Source: Phycisphaera mikurensis NBRC 102666
Lineage (GTDB): Bacteria > Planctomycetota > Phycisphaerae > Phycisphaerales > Phycisphaeraceae
Assembly: GCF_000284115.1 (NCBI RefSeq)
Contig: NC_017080.1
Span: 2,340,001 to 2,372,000, forward strand
Direction: 5' to 3'
DNA length: 32,000 nt
The notes beneath the pieces are model-generated. The model searched no databases. It saw nothing but the letters and a program-made list of their open reading frames with translations, and had not been told where the DNA came from. A program made the position numbers and the translations under genes. Below, in pieces: positions 15,021 through 23,247 of the stretch (position 1 is the stretch's first letter; each line of letters begins with the position of its first letter).

Positions 15021-15056
15021 CCAGGCGTTGCAGCGGACCGGCGGCGTGTGCGGGGC
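15015..15056 (+). repeat. attC 14, terminal and degenerate (left arm only)
   Basis: gcctaaccaggcgttgcagcggaccggcggcgtgtgcgggg is conserved. No GTTAGGC R' box follows. Only weak traces remain (gtttac at ~15137, ctgaacg at ~15217). Confidence 0.6.
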
Positions 15057-15336
15057 TCGTCGGAGCCTGCATCCCGCTCAGGTCGTCCGGTCTACTGCTG
15101 TTGCGTGTCCTTTTGTTTCAGTGGAGGCTCGGCTCGTTTACGCCCGTTCGGTCCGATGATTGCGAGCCGCGGGTGACAGGGGCTCGCCGGGCAAGCTGCA
15201 CAAGTGCATCAGCGGGCTGAACGAAGTCCGATCCGAGGCTCCGGCGTGCATCGGCGGGTGCCAGCGAGCTTGGGAGCGGACGCCACGACGCGGGGGCGCT
15301 ACCGTCGCGGGTCCGCCGACCCGTGAGGATCCCGCC

Positions 15337-16074
15337 ATGCCGCTGAACCGAAGAGACTTCCTCCACACCGCCGGCGTCAGCGCGGCGGGCTTCGCGGTTT
15401 CGGGTCCGCTGCTCGCGGCGGCGGCGCGGGCGGCGGAGGTGGAGCCGCAGGCGGTCGGGCACGCGTTGCCCGACCTCCCCTACGCCGCCGACGCGTTGAT
15501 GCCGCACATCGACGCGGAGACGATGCGGATCCACCACGGCAAGCACCACGCCGGATACGTGCGGAAGCTCAACGACGCGCTGGCGGCGTACCCGGATCTT
15601 GCGGAGCGTGACCCCGCCGAGCTGGTGGCCATGGCCGGCGAGCTGCCCGCCGACCTCCAACGGCCCGTGGTGAACAACGGCGGCGGGCACGTGAACCACA
15701 CGATGTTCTGGCGGATGATGAGCCCCGATGGAGGCGGCGAGCCGCGGGGGGAACTGGCCGGGGCGATCGACGCCGCCTTCGGAACCTTCGCCGGTTTCCA
15801 GGCGGCCTTCAGCGGTGCCGCCTCCGGCCGCTTCGGCAGCGGCTGGGCGTGGCTGGTCGTCGGGCGCGACGGGGAGCTGGCGGTCACCAGCACCGCCAAC
15901 CAGGACTCGCCGCTCATGGGCGGGCAGACGCCCGTGCTGGGCCTGGACGTGTGGGAGCACGCGTACTACCTCAAGTACCAGAACCGCCGGGCCGACTACG
16001 TCGAGGCGTGGTGGAACGTGGTGAACTGGGACGAGGCCTCGGAGCGGTACGCGCGGGCGACGGACCGGGGCTAG
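15337..16074 (+). CDS. Fe/Mn superoxide dismutase with twin-arginine (TAT) signal peptide
   Basis: ATG at 15337. The N-terminus reads [24 protein letters not shown] motifs follow: [42 protein letters not shown] and [19 protein letters not shown]. Confidence 0.93.
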   Translation: MPLNRRDFLHTAGVSAAGFAVSGPLLAAAARAAEVEPQAVGHALPDLPYAADALMPHIDAETMRIHHGKHHAGYVRKLNDALAAYPDLAERDPAELVAMAGELPADLQRPVVNNGGGHVNHTMFWRMMSPDGGGEPRGELAGAIDAAFGTFAGFQAAFSGAASGRFGSGWAWLVVGRDGELAVTSTANQDSPLMGGQTPVLGLDVWEHAYYLKYQNRRADYVEAWWNVVNWDEASERYARATDRG

Positions 16075-16119
16075 CGCCCAGAGCCGGCGTCTGCTCGCGG
16101 CCGTGGGTAGATTCACCGC

Positions 16120-17457
16120 GTGGATGCCGCACCGCTGGAGCCGGCCGTCGTCAACGATCAGCAGTCGCGGCTGAACCGCACGCGGGTGGCCGGGGTCCTG
16201 CGGCCGCGATCGATCGAGGAGATCCGCGACGCGCTCCGCCTCGCCGAGCGGCGGAGCCTGGTGGTCGCGATCTGCGGCGGAGGCCACGCGATGGGCGGCC
16301 AACAGTTCGCGACCGACGGGTTGCTTTTGGACCTCAGTGGCTTCGCGGAGGTGCTCGGACTCGACGCCGCCGCGGGCCTCGTCCGCGTGCAGGCTGGCAT
16401 CCGCTGGCCGGCGTTGATGCAGAAGCTCGACGCGCTCCAGGTCGGCAATCCGCGGCCGTGGTGCATCCGGCAGAAGCAGACCGGCGTGGATCAGGTGAGC
16501 CTCGGCGGCTCGGTGGCGGCCAACGCCCACGGTCGCGGGCTCGACCTGCCGCCGCTGGTGGAGGACGTGGAGTCCCTCACGCTGATGGACGCCCGGGGCG
16601 ATCTGCACCGCTGCTCGCGGGCGGAGAACCCGGATCTCTTCGCCCTGGCCGTCGGCGGGTACGGCTGCTTCGGCCCCGTCGTGGAGGTGGAGCTGCGGCT
16701 GGCACGCCGGCGGACGGTGCAGCGGCGGGTCGCGGCCATTGCGGTGCCCGACCTGGTCGGTCTCGCCCGCGAGCGGCTCGCGGAGGGCGCGGTCTACGGC
16801 GACTGCCAGTACGCCACGCACCTCAGCGGCCCCGCGGACGAGCATCCGGGCATCCTGTCCGTGTACCACCCGGTCGAAGGCGAGCCGGACGCGGACGACC
16901 CCACGCTGAACCTCTCGGCCGACCGCTGGACCGAGCTCATCCGCCTGGCCCGCCGCGACAAGGCGCGGGCCTTCGAGTTCTACCGCGAGCACTACCTGCG
17001 GACCGACGGCCGCCGCTACGCCTCCGACCGGCACCAGCTCTCGCCGGTGTTCGACGGCTACCTCGCGGCCGTGGAGACCGACGGGCAGCGGCCCCGCGGC
17101 ACCGAGATGATCACCGAGGTGTACGTCGAGCCCGAGCGGCTCATGGATCTGCTCGCGGCCTGCCGGGCCGACTTCGCCCGCCACGGCGTGGACATGACCT
17201 ACGGCACGATCCGCCTGATCGAGCCCGATGCGATCACTTTCCTGCCTTGGGCGACGCGGCGGTGGGCGTGCGTGGTGGTCAACCTGCACGTCCGGCACGA
17301 CGCCGCAGGCATCGACGCGGTGCGGGGCCACTTCCGCCGGATCCTCGACCGCACCGTGGAGCACGGCGGCAGCTTCTACCTGACGTACCACCGCTGGGCC
17401 GAGCGGGAGCACCTCGACGCCGCGTACCCGCAGATGCCCGAGTGGCTGGCGCTGTAG
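16120..17457 (+). CDS. FAD-binding (PCMH-type) oxidoreductase, DprE1/ALO-like; ends at an in-frame TAG that is followed by 26 conserved-looking codons (to 17538)
   Basis: GTG start. The FAD_binding_4 pattern is present (VVAICGGGHAMGGQQFATDGLLLDL). After the TAG at 17455-17457, the same frame continues RRHDPMERFASDWYRHLKSLYPEVGG*. This resembles the usual C-terminus of this family. Confidence 0.85.
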   Translation: MDAAPLEPAVVNDQQSRLNRTRVAGVLRPRSIEEIRDALRLAERRSLVVAICGGGHAMGGQQFATDGLLLDLSGFAEVLGLDAAAGLVRVQAGIRWPALMQKLDALQVGNPRPWCIRQKQTGVDQVSLGGSVAANAHGRGLDLPPLVEDVESLTLMDARGDLHRCSRAENPDLFALAVGGYGCFGPVVEVELRLARRRTVQRRVAAIAVPDLVGLARERLAEGAVYGDCQYATHLSGPADEHPGILSVYHPVEGEPDADDPTLNLSADRWTELIRLARRDKARAFEFYREHYLRTDGRRYASDRHQLSPVFDGYLAAVETDGQRPRGTEMITEVYVEPERLMDLLAACRADFARHGVDMTYGTIRLIEPDAITFLPWATRRWACVVVNLHVRHDAAGIDAVRGHFRRILDRTVEHGGSFYLTYHRWAEREHLDAAYPQMPEWLAL

Positions 17458-17856
17458 CGTCGGCACGACCCGATGGAACGCTTCGCCAGCGATTGGTACC
17501 GGCACCTCAAGTCGCTTTACCCCGAGGTCGGCGGATGAGCGACCCGGCCCGCTCCCGCGGGCACCGGTGATTGGCCGCCGCGCTGGCGGTGCTCGCTGCC
17601 CTCTCCGCGGCAGGGGTGGCCGGGCAGGCGTGGGTGGGGTTTGCCGACGACGCCACGCTCGCGGCGGTGCTGCCGATGGAGGCTTGGCACGCGGGCCTGG
17701 TGCCGGTGCTGGTCCATCAGGTGCTGTCGGGATCCCGGGGTGCGGCCGTCGCGGCTCGGGCGACGCACCCGGTGCCCGCCTGCGCTGCGTGGGGCCTCTA
17801 CAGTGAGACCGCGTCGGCTCGAACCGGCTGCACCCGCAGAAACTCCCGCCGTTCCC

Positions 17857-19473
17857 ATGCTCCAACGCTTCCTGCCGCTGCTGCTCGTCCCGCTCCTGCT
17901 GGTCTCGCCGGCCCCCGCCGACGCCCAGAGCGCATCGGCGGAGGAGGACCGGCCCGACGTGCCCGCCCCCGACCCGACGGCGGAGAACGACCCGTTCTTC
18001 GAGCGGGTGTTTGCGGAGGCGGAGGCGCTCGCGGCGTCGCCGTACGAGAAGCCCGGCCCGCCGGTGCCGCCGGCGTTGAAGGCCCTGCCGGACCACGCGA
18101 CCAAGCTGATCACCTTCAAGCCGCAGAACTCGCTCTGGAGCGAGCCGGGGCTGGCCTTCCGGGCCCGGCTGTTCCACCGGGGCAGCTGGTTCAACGCGCC
18201 GGTGCAGATCTTCGAGCTCGAGAACGGCGAGCCGCGGCTGATCGCGTACGACGCGGAGGACTTCGACATGCGGGGGGTCGACCTCGACCCGACCGGCTTC
18301 CCCGACGACCTGGGCTACGCCGGCGCGAGCTTCTACTTCCGCTCGGCGGACATGGCCAGCTTCGAGGAGAAGCTGTCGTTCCTGGGCGCCTCCTACTTCC
18401 GAGCCGTCAGCGACGGGCACCACTGGGGCTCGTCCGGACGCGGCCTCTCGATCAACACCGCCGAGAGCGCGTACCCCGAGGAGTTCCCCGACTTCACGAA
18501 GTTCTGGCTGGTGAAGCCGACGCCGCAGGACCGCGAGATGACGGTCTACGCCCTGCTCAACGGCGAGTCGGTGACCGGGGCGTACCGCTTCGACGTCTCC
18601 TCCGACCGCTTCACCGTGGTGCGGATCCGGGCGTCGCTGGTCTTCCGCCGCGACGTGGAGAAGCCGGGCTTCGCGCCGCTCACCAGCATGTTCCTCATGG
18701 GCGAGGAGGAGCCGGGCCGCTTCGGGGACTGGCGGCCGGAGGTGCACGATGCCGACGGGCTGCTGATGATGACCCGCGGCGGCGAGTCGATTTGGCGGCC
18801 GCTGGACAACCCGGGCCGGGATCCCTCGGGCAGCCGGATCTCGCGCTACGCGATGGAGGACCCCCGCGGCTTCGGGCTGATCCAGCGGGACCGGGAGTTC
18901 GACCACTACCAGGACCTCGACCTCCGCTATCACCTGCGGCCGAGCGTGTGGGTGCAGGCCGGCGACGATTGGGGCGCGGGCTCGGTCGAGCTGGTCGAGT
19001 TCCACTCCGGCGACGAGGACTTCGACAACCTGGCCGCCTATTGGGTGCCCGACGACAAGAGCCGCTTCTCCCCGGGCCTGCGCTTCGACATCCACTACGC
19101 CCTCTGGTTCTGCGACGACCACCCGCCGGTGCCCTCGGGCGGCCGCTTCGTGGACACCAAGCGGGGCCTGCCCAACGCGCTGTTCCCCAAGAAGATCAAC
19201 CCCGGCGCACTCCGTTTCGTGCTCGAAGCCCGCGGCGGGGGCCTGGACGACGTCCACGCCGGCGTGCCGGAGGCGGTGCTCAGCGCCGACGGCGGCGAGA
19301 TCCTCGGCGAGCCCGTGGTCGTCCGCAACGATCCCGGCGGGACCTGGCGGGTGAGCTTCGACGTGCGGAAGGTCGGCGACGAAGAGCCGCTGACGATGCG
19401 GTGCTACCTCCGCCGCGGGGAGGACGCGTTGACGGAGACGTGGATCTACCGCTGGGACGGCGGCACCCCGTGA
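17857..19473 (+). CDS. opgG: Periplasmic glucan biosynthesis protein OpgG/MdoG family
   Basis: ATG at 17857 gives the signal peptide MLQRFLPLLLVPLLLVSPAPADA. Motifs FKPQNSLW, FHRGSWF, GASYFRAV, GLSINTA, EEFPDFTKFWL and AYRFDV are typical of MdoG. Confidence 0.9.
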   Translation: MLQRFLPLLLVPLLLVSPAPADAQSASAEEDRPDVPAPDPTAENDPFFERVFAEAEALAASPYEKPGPPVPPALKALPDHATKLITFKPQNSLWSEPGLAFRARLFHRGSWFNAPVQIFELENGEPRLIAYDAEDFDMRGVDLDPTGFPDDLGYAGASFYFRSADMASFEEKLSFLGASYFRAVSDGHHWGSSGRGLSINTAESAYPEEFPDFTKFWLVKPTPQDREMTVYALLNGESVTGAYRFDVSSDRFTVVRIRASLVFRRDVEKPGFAPLTSMFLMGEEEPGRFGDWRPEVHDADGLLMMTRGGESIWRPLDNPGRDPSGSRISRYAMEDPRGFGLIQRDREFDHYQDLDLRYHLRPSVWVQAGDDWGAGSVELVEFHSGDEDFDNLAAYWVPDDKSRFSPGLRFDIHYALWFCDDHPPVPSGGRFVDTKRGLPNALFPKKINPGALRFVLEARGGGLDDVHAGVPEAVLSADGGEILGEPVVVRNDPGGTWRVSFDVRKVGDEEPLTMRCYLRRGEDALTETWIYRWDGGTP

Positions 19474-20003
19474 GCGGCGACGCCACGCCGGGGCAGGAGG
19501 CCCCGAAGCGGCCGGCCCCGGCGACGCGGCGGGCCAAGCGGCTGCGCGGCTGGCTGATCGCCGCGGGGCTGGCGGAGGTGGCCGCGGCGAAGCGGCTGGC
19601 CCGCGCGCTGATCGATGCCGAGGGGGAGCACGACGCCTCGGCCTGGATCGACCGGATCGAGGCGCGGCTGCCACGCGAGAACGCGGGGGCGTGGCTGTCG
19701 GGCCTCGCGGCCGCGGACCGCCCGGCGGAAACGCTCCAGGAGACCCCGGTCCGCGGCCCGGCCGGGGTCGGCACCGACGGCGGCGGCACCGACGGCGGCG
19801 GCGTGCCGCTGCTGCCGCCAACGCGTCCCTCCGAGATGAAGCGGCAGCCGCTGGGGCGGCTGCCGGCGGTGCTGCGGGGCGGGGCCTGGGTGCTGGCGAA
19901 CCGCTGGTCGCTGCCCAACCGGGTGGGCCCGCGGATCTCGCGGAGCCTCTGGATGGGGCGGAGCGTGCCCAGCGACCCGACGCCGCCGTCCGCCGCCGAG
20001 TGA
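19470..20003 (+). CDS. ORF resembling the N-terminal cytoplasmic region of OpgH, in a different frame from the opgH body (split gene, frameshift or sequencing error)
   Basis: The GTG start overlaps the opgG stop (GTGA). ...RWSLPNRVGPRISRSLWMGRSVPS resembles E. coli OpgH ...[21 protein letters not shown], which precedes TM1. The frame ends at 20003, 70 nt before the opgH ORF. Confidence 0.45.
   Translation: MSGDATPGQEAPKRPAPATRRAKRLRGWLIAAGLAEVAAAKRLARALIDAEGEHDASAWIDRIEARLPRENAGAWLSGLAAADRPAETLQETPVRGPAGVGTDGGGTDGGGVPLLPPTRPSEMKRQPLGRLPAVLRGGAWVLANRWSLPNRVGPRISRSLWMGRSVPSDPTPPSAAE
19711..19756. repeat. 46-bp hairpin element copy 7 (in frame inside the opgH N-terminal ORF)
   Basis: Arms at 19711-19720 and 19747-19756, with a 26-nt spacer. 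It translates as AADRPAETLQETPVRG. Confidence 0.85.
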
Positions 20004-20073
20004 ACCCGGCGGGCCGCGTCGCGCCGCCGCGTGCCGTCGTAAGCTCCGCCGCCGACTCGCTCCCGCAGACGCT

Positions 20074-22323
20074 TTGCCCCAACGCCCCTTCAACGCGCTC
20101 GCCGTCTTCTCGCGGACCGGCCTGCTGATCGCCACCTTCGCCACGACGTGGCTTGGTTCGGTGGCCTTCGGTCGCGTGATCTTCGCGGGCGGGCTGCCGG
20201 GGCTGGAGGGCGTGCCGCTGGCTTGGGACCGCCCGCTGTTCTGGCTGTTGCTGGTGCTGTGGTTCCTCTTCACGGTGCTGCTGCTGTGGGTCGCGCAGGG
20301 CTTCTGGACGGCGACCATCGGGCTGCTGCACATGCTGAGGGCTTCGCCGATGAGCATCGTGCCGGTCCGCCGCAGAGCGGCGCGGGTGCTGCCGCCGTCG
20401 CAGCTGCCCACCGCCGCGATCGTGATGCCGATCTACAACGAGGACCCGACGCGGGTTTTCGCGGGGCTGGAGGCGATGATCCGCGACGTCGCCGCCCAGG
20501 GCTACACGCAGGCCTTCGATTGGTTCATCCTCTCGGACACCCGCGACCCGGCGGTGTGGGTGCGGGAGGAGGTCCACTTCGCGGCGCTGCGGTCGGTGCT
20601 GGCCGGCATCCGCACCGCCGGCACGGCGGACGGGAAGGCGCCGCCGGTGCCGAGGATCCACTACCGCCGTCGGCACCGCAACACGAGCCGCAAAAGCGGA
20701 AACCTCGAGAATTTCTGCCACTTCTGGGGGGCGAAGTACGACTCGATGCTCGTGCTCGACGCCGATTCGGTGATGTCCGGCCGCACGATCGTGGAGATGA
20801 GCCAGCGGATGGCGGCGGAGCCCGACATCGGCATCCTCCAGGCGCCGCCCACGCCGGTGGGGCGGCTCTCGCTGTTCGCCCGCTGCCAGCAGTTCGCCAG
20901 CCGCGTGTACGGCGAGGTCTTCACGACCGGCTTCGGCGTGTGGACGCACAGCGACGGCAACTACTACGGGCACAACGCCTTCCTGCGGCTGGAGCCGTTC
21001 ATGGAGAGCTGCGGCCTGCCGATCCTCCCCGGCAAGGCGCCGCTGGGCGGAGAGATCCTCAGCCACGACTTCGTGGAGGCGGCGTTGATGCGGAAAGCCG
21101 GCTACCGCGTCGTCGTCGCCTACGACCTCGGCGGCAGCTACGAGGAGTGCCCGACGACGCTGGTGGACTTCGCCCAGCGCGACCAGCGGTGGTGCCAGGG
21201 CAACATGCAGCACGTGCGGCTGGTCTTCGCCGCCGGCTTCCACCCGCTCAGCCGCGTGCACCTGGGCATGGGCGTGATGAGCTACCTCGCCGCCCCCCTG
21301 TGGATGATCTTCATGATCATCGGCGTCGTCGCCGCCGGCGTCGCGCGCTTCGCGGGCAGCGACGGCGTCGTGGCGGACGAGGTCACCCGGCAGCGTCTGA
21401 TCACCGGGCCCATCACGCCGCACCTCATCGGCATCGGGCTCTTCGTGCTCGTGATGCTGATGCTGCTGATCCCCAAGGGCTACGCGGTGCTGCTGCTGCT
21501 GCAGCGGCCCAAGCTGCTCAAGGCGCACGGCGGCGAGGTCGCCACCGTGCTCTCGGCGCTCCTGGAGGTCGCGGTCTCGGTGCTGATCGCGCCGCTGATG
21601 ATGGTCTACCACACGCGCTTCGTCTTCTCGACGCTCGCGGGCCGCACCGTCACGTGGGGCAAGCAGAACCGCGACGAGTCGGCCGCGAGCTGGGGCCGCG
21701 CCTGGCGGGACCACCGCCACCACATGCTGCTGGGCCTGACCGCGACGCTGGTGGTGGTGCTGGTCGCGCCCGCTCTGCTCGGCTGGACGGCCCCGGTCCT
21801 GGTCGGCCTCGTGCTCGCGGTCCCGCTGTGCTGGCTGCTCTCCAGCGCGAGAGTCGGCACGGCCCTGCGGGACGTCGGCTTGCTGCTGATCCCCGAGGAG
21901 GCGCTGACGCCGCGGATCCTGCGGCGGGCGAACGTGGCGATGCGGCGGACGCAGCGGCTCAGCGATCACCTCGACGGCGAGGCGGTCGCCGAGGTCGACC
22001 GCCTCGTCGCCGACCCGACCCTGCTGCGGCTGCACACCGATCTGCTGGCGGCCAACCCCGAGCCTCTCCCCGCCCCCGAGGGCGTGGACACCGAGCAGGC
22101 CGCCGTTCGAGCCGCCACCGACGGCCTCGCCTCCCTGGAGCGGGCCGAGCAGAACGCGCTGCTGAGCGATCCGCTGCTGCTCGGGCGTCTGCACCGCGCG
22201 GCGTGGTCCCGCTGGCCGGCGAAGCGCCTGGCCGCGGTCACCGCCGAGCCGCTGCCGGCGATGCTGGAGCGCTGCCGCCGCGGGCGTCGCGGACCGCTGC
22301 GGGAGCGGCGCCGCGCGGCCTGA
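20074..22323 (+). CDS. opgH: Glucans biosynthesis glucosyltransferase OpgH/MdoH (TM + GT2 body)
   Basis: Motifs: IVMPIYNEDPTRVFAGL, FILSDTRDP, YRRR..N..RKSGNLENFC, MLVLDADSVMSG, GILQAPP, LFARCQQFA.RVYG, YYGHNA, GGEILSHDFVEAALMRKAGY, GSYEECPTTL.DF..RD.RWCQGN. The first available start is TTG at 20074, immediately before TM1. Confidence 0.92.
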   Translation: MPQRPFNALAVFSRTGLLIATFATTWLGSVAFGRVIFAGGLPGLEGVPLAWDRPLFWLLLVLWFLFTVLLLWVAQGFWTATIGLLHMLRASPMSIVPVRRRAARVLPPSQLPTAAIVMPIYNEDPTRVFAGLEAMIRDVAAQGYTQAFDWFILSDTRDPAVWVREEVHFAALRSVLAGIRTAGTADGKAPPVPRIHYRRRHRNTSRKSGNLENFCHFWGAKYDSMLVLDADSVMSGRTIVEMSQRMAAEPDIGILQAPPTPVGRLSLFARCQQFASRVYGEVFTTGFGVWTHSDGNYYGHNAFLRLEPFMESCGLPILPGKAPLGGEILSHDFVEAALMRKAGYRVVVAYDLGGSYEECPTTLVDFAQRDQRWCQGNMQHVRLVFAAGFHPLSRVHLGMGVMSYLAAPLWMIFMIIGVVAAGVARFAGSDGVVADEVTRQRLITGPITPHLIGIGLFVLVMLMLLIPKGYAVLLLLQRPKLLKAHGGEVATVLSALLEVAVSVLIAPLMMVYHTRFVFSTLAGRTVTWGKQNRDESAASWGRAWRDHRHHMLLGLTATLVVVLVAPALLGWTAPVLVGLVLAVPLCWLLSSARVGTALRDVGLLLIPEEALTPRILRRANVAMRRTQRLSDHLDGEAVAEVDRLVADPTLLRLHTDLLAANPEPLPAPEGVDTEQAAVRAATDGLASLERAEQNALLSDPLLLGRLHRAAWSRWPAKRLAAVTAEPLPAMLERCRRGRRGPLRERRRAA

Positions 22324-22360
22324 GCATGGGGGCCCGCCGCCGGCGTCTCTCGCGAAACCG

Positions 22361-23158
22361 TCAAGGGGCCCGCAGCAGCGCCGGCGGCGGCGCTTCCGCC
22401 TGCAGGCCGAAAGACTCCGCCTGGATCCTCCAGGCGTGCAGCCCCAGCCGTGGCGCCTCGGGCCCGCGGTAGAGCCAGTCGCCGACCACGGGGTGGCCGA
22501 GGTGGGCGAGCCCGGCGCGGACCTGGTGGAGGAAGCCGGTCTCCAGGTCCACACGCAGCACACTCTGGGCGGTCTGCTCGTCCCAGTGATGCTCCGACCA
22601 GGACATGGCGGTGGCGTGGCCGCGACCGTCGGCCGAACCCACCACCCCCGCCCGCGCGGGCCGGTGCTTCACGACCGCCATGGGGGCGTTCAGCCGGCCG
22701 GCGCCGGGGCGGCCGGCGACGCGGGCGAGGTAGGTCTTCCGCACCCGGTGCCGGGCGAAGGCGTCGCGCAGGGCGTCCCAGGCGTCGTCGGTGCGTGCCA
22801 GCACGACGCACCCGCTGGTGACGCCGTCGATCCGGTGAACGACCCCGCTGCGCAGCGGCCCCTCGCGGCCGACCCCCCCGCCACGCAGCAGCTCCGGGTA
22901 CCGGCCGGCGGCGGCCTGGAGCAGCGTGCCCGCCTCCTCGATCTTCAACGGGTGGACGTCCTGACCCGCCGGCTTGTCGAGCACGGCCCAGCCCGCGGCG
23001 GGGTCCTCGGCGAGCACCGCGAGCGGCGCCTCCGGCGTCGGCCGCAGCCAGTCCGCGGCGTCCACCTCCAGGCGGTCCCCCGGGCGCAGCGTGGCCCCGC
23101 CCTTCCCGGTCGCCACGCCGCCGACCGCCACACGCCCCGCCTCCAACGCCAGCCGCAC
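22361..23158 (-). CDS. RluA-family pseudouridine synthase (RluD-like); true start probably upstream
   Basis: [20 protein letters not shown]...F..H.V.KTYLARV and a C-terminal [19 protein letters not shown]. Upstream of the GTG at 23158 the frame stays open and reads ...[19 protein letters not shown] (S4-like). No ATG, GTG or TTG is available there. Confidence 0.85.
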   Translation of the reverse strand: MRLALEAGRVAVGGVATGKGGATLRPGDRLEVDAADWLRPTPEAPLAVLAEDPAAGWAVLDKPAGQDVHPLKIEEAGTLLQAAAGRYPELLRGGGVGREGPLRSGVVHRIDGVTSGCVVLARTDDAWDALRDAFARHRVRKTYLARVAGRPGAGRLNAPMAVVKHRPARAGVVGSADGRGHATAMSWSEHHWDEQTAQSVLRVDLETGFLHQVRAGLAHLGHPVVGDWLYRGPEAPRLGLHAWRIQAESFGLQAEAPPPALLRAP

Positions 23159-23247
23159 GCGCGACCGCGACCAGCCGAGGCGGCGGCCGACCTCGACGTC
23201 CAGCCGCCCCGCCGCCTCCGCCGCCCAGCGCTCTGGCTCCGACCGCT

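Larger units (their letters stand above)
6886..15056. mobile_element. Sedentary chromosomal integron: intI (minus strand), attI, 14 cassettes / 14 attC sites (plus strand)
   Basis: An integron-type tyrosine recombinase lies divergent from an array of R''(GCCTAAC)...R'(GTTAGGC) imperfect palindromes. The first bases of each cassette are complementary to the bases flanking its own R''. Confidence 0.9.

Noticed and set aside
8649-15056. Regularly spaced ~109-bp repeats as a CRISPR array
   Set aside because: The repeats are about three times longer than CRISPR repeats and are imperfect palindromes with RYYYAAC/GTTRRRY ends. The intervening segments range from ~160 to ~1100 bp and contain complete genes. 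An integron integrase is adjacent, not cas genes.
15118-22563. 2481-aa ORF on the minus strand
   Set aside because: It lies antisense to five well-supported plus-strand genes (sod, FAD oxidase, opgG, opgH). Its composition is Arg/Pro/Gly/Ala-rich junk with no motifs. This is the typical stop-codon-poor antisense frame of very GC-rich DNA.
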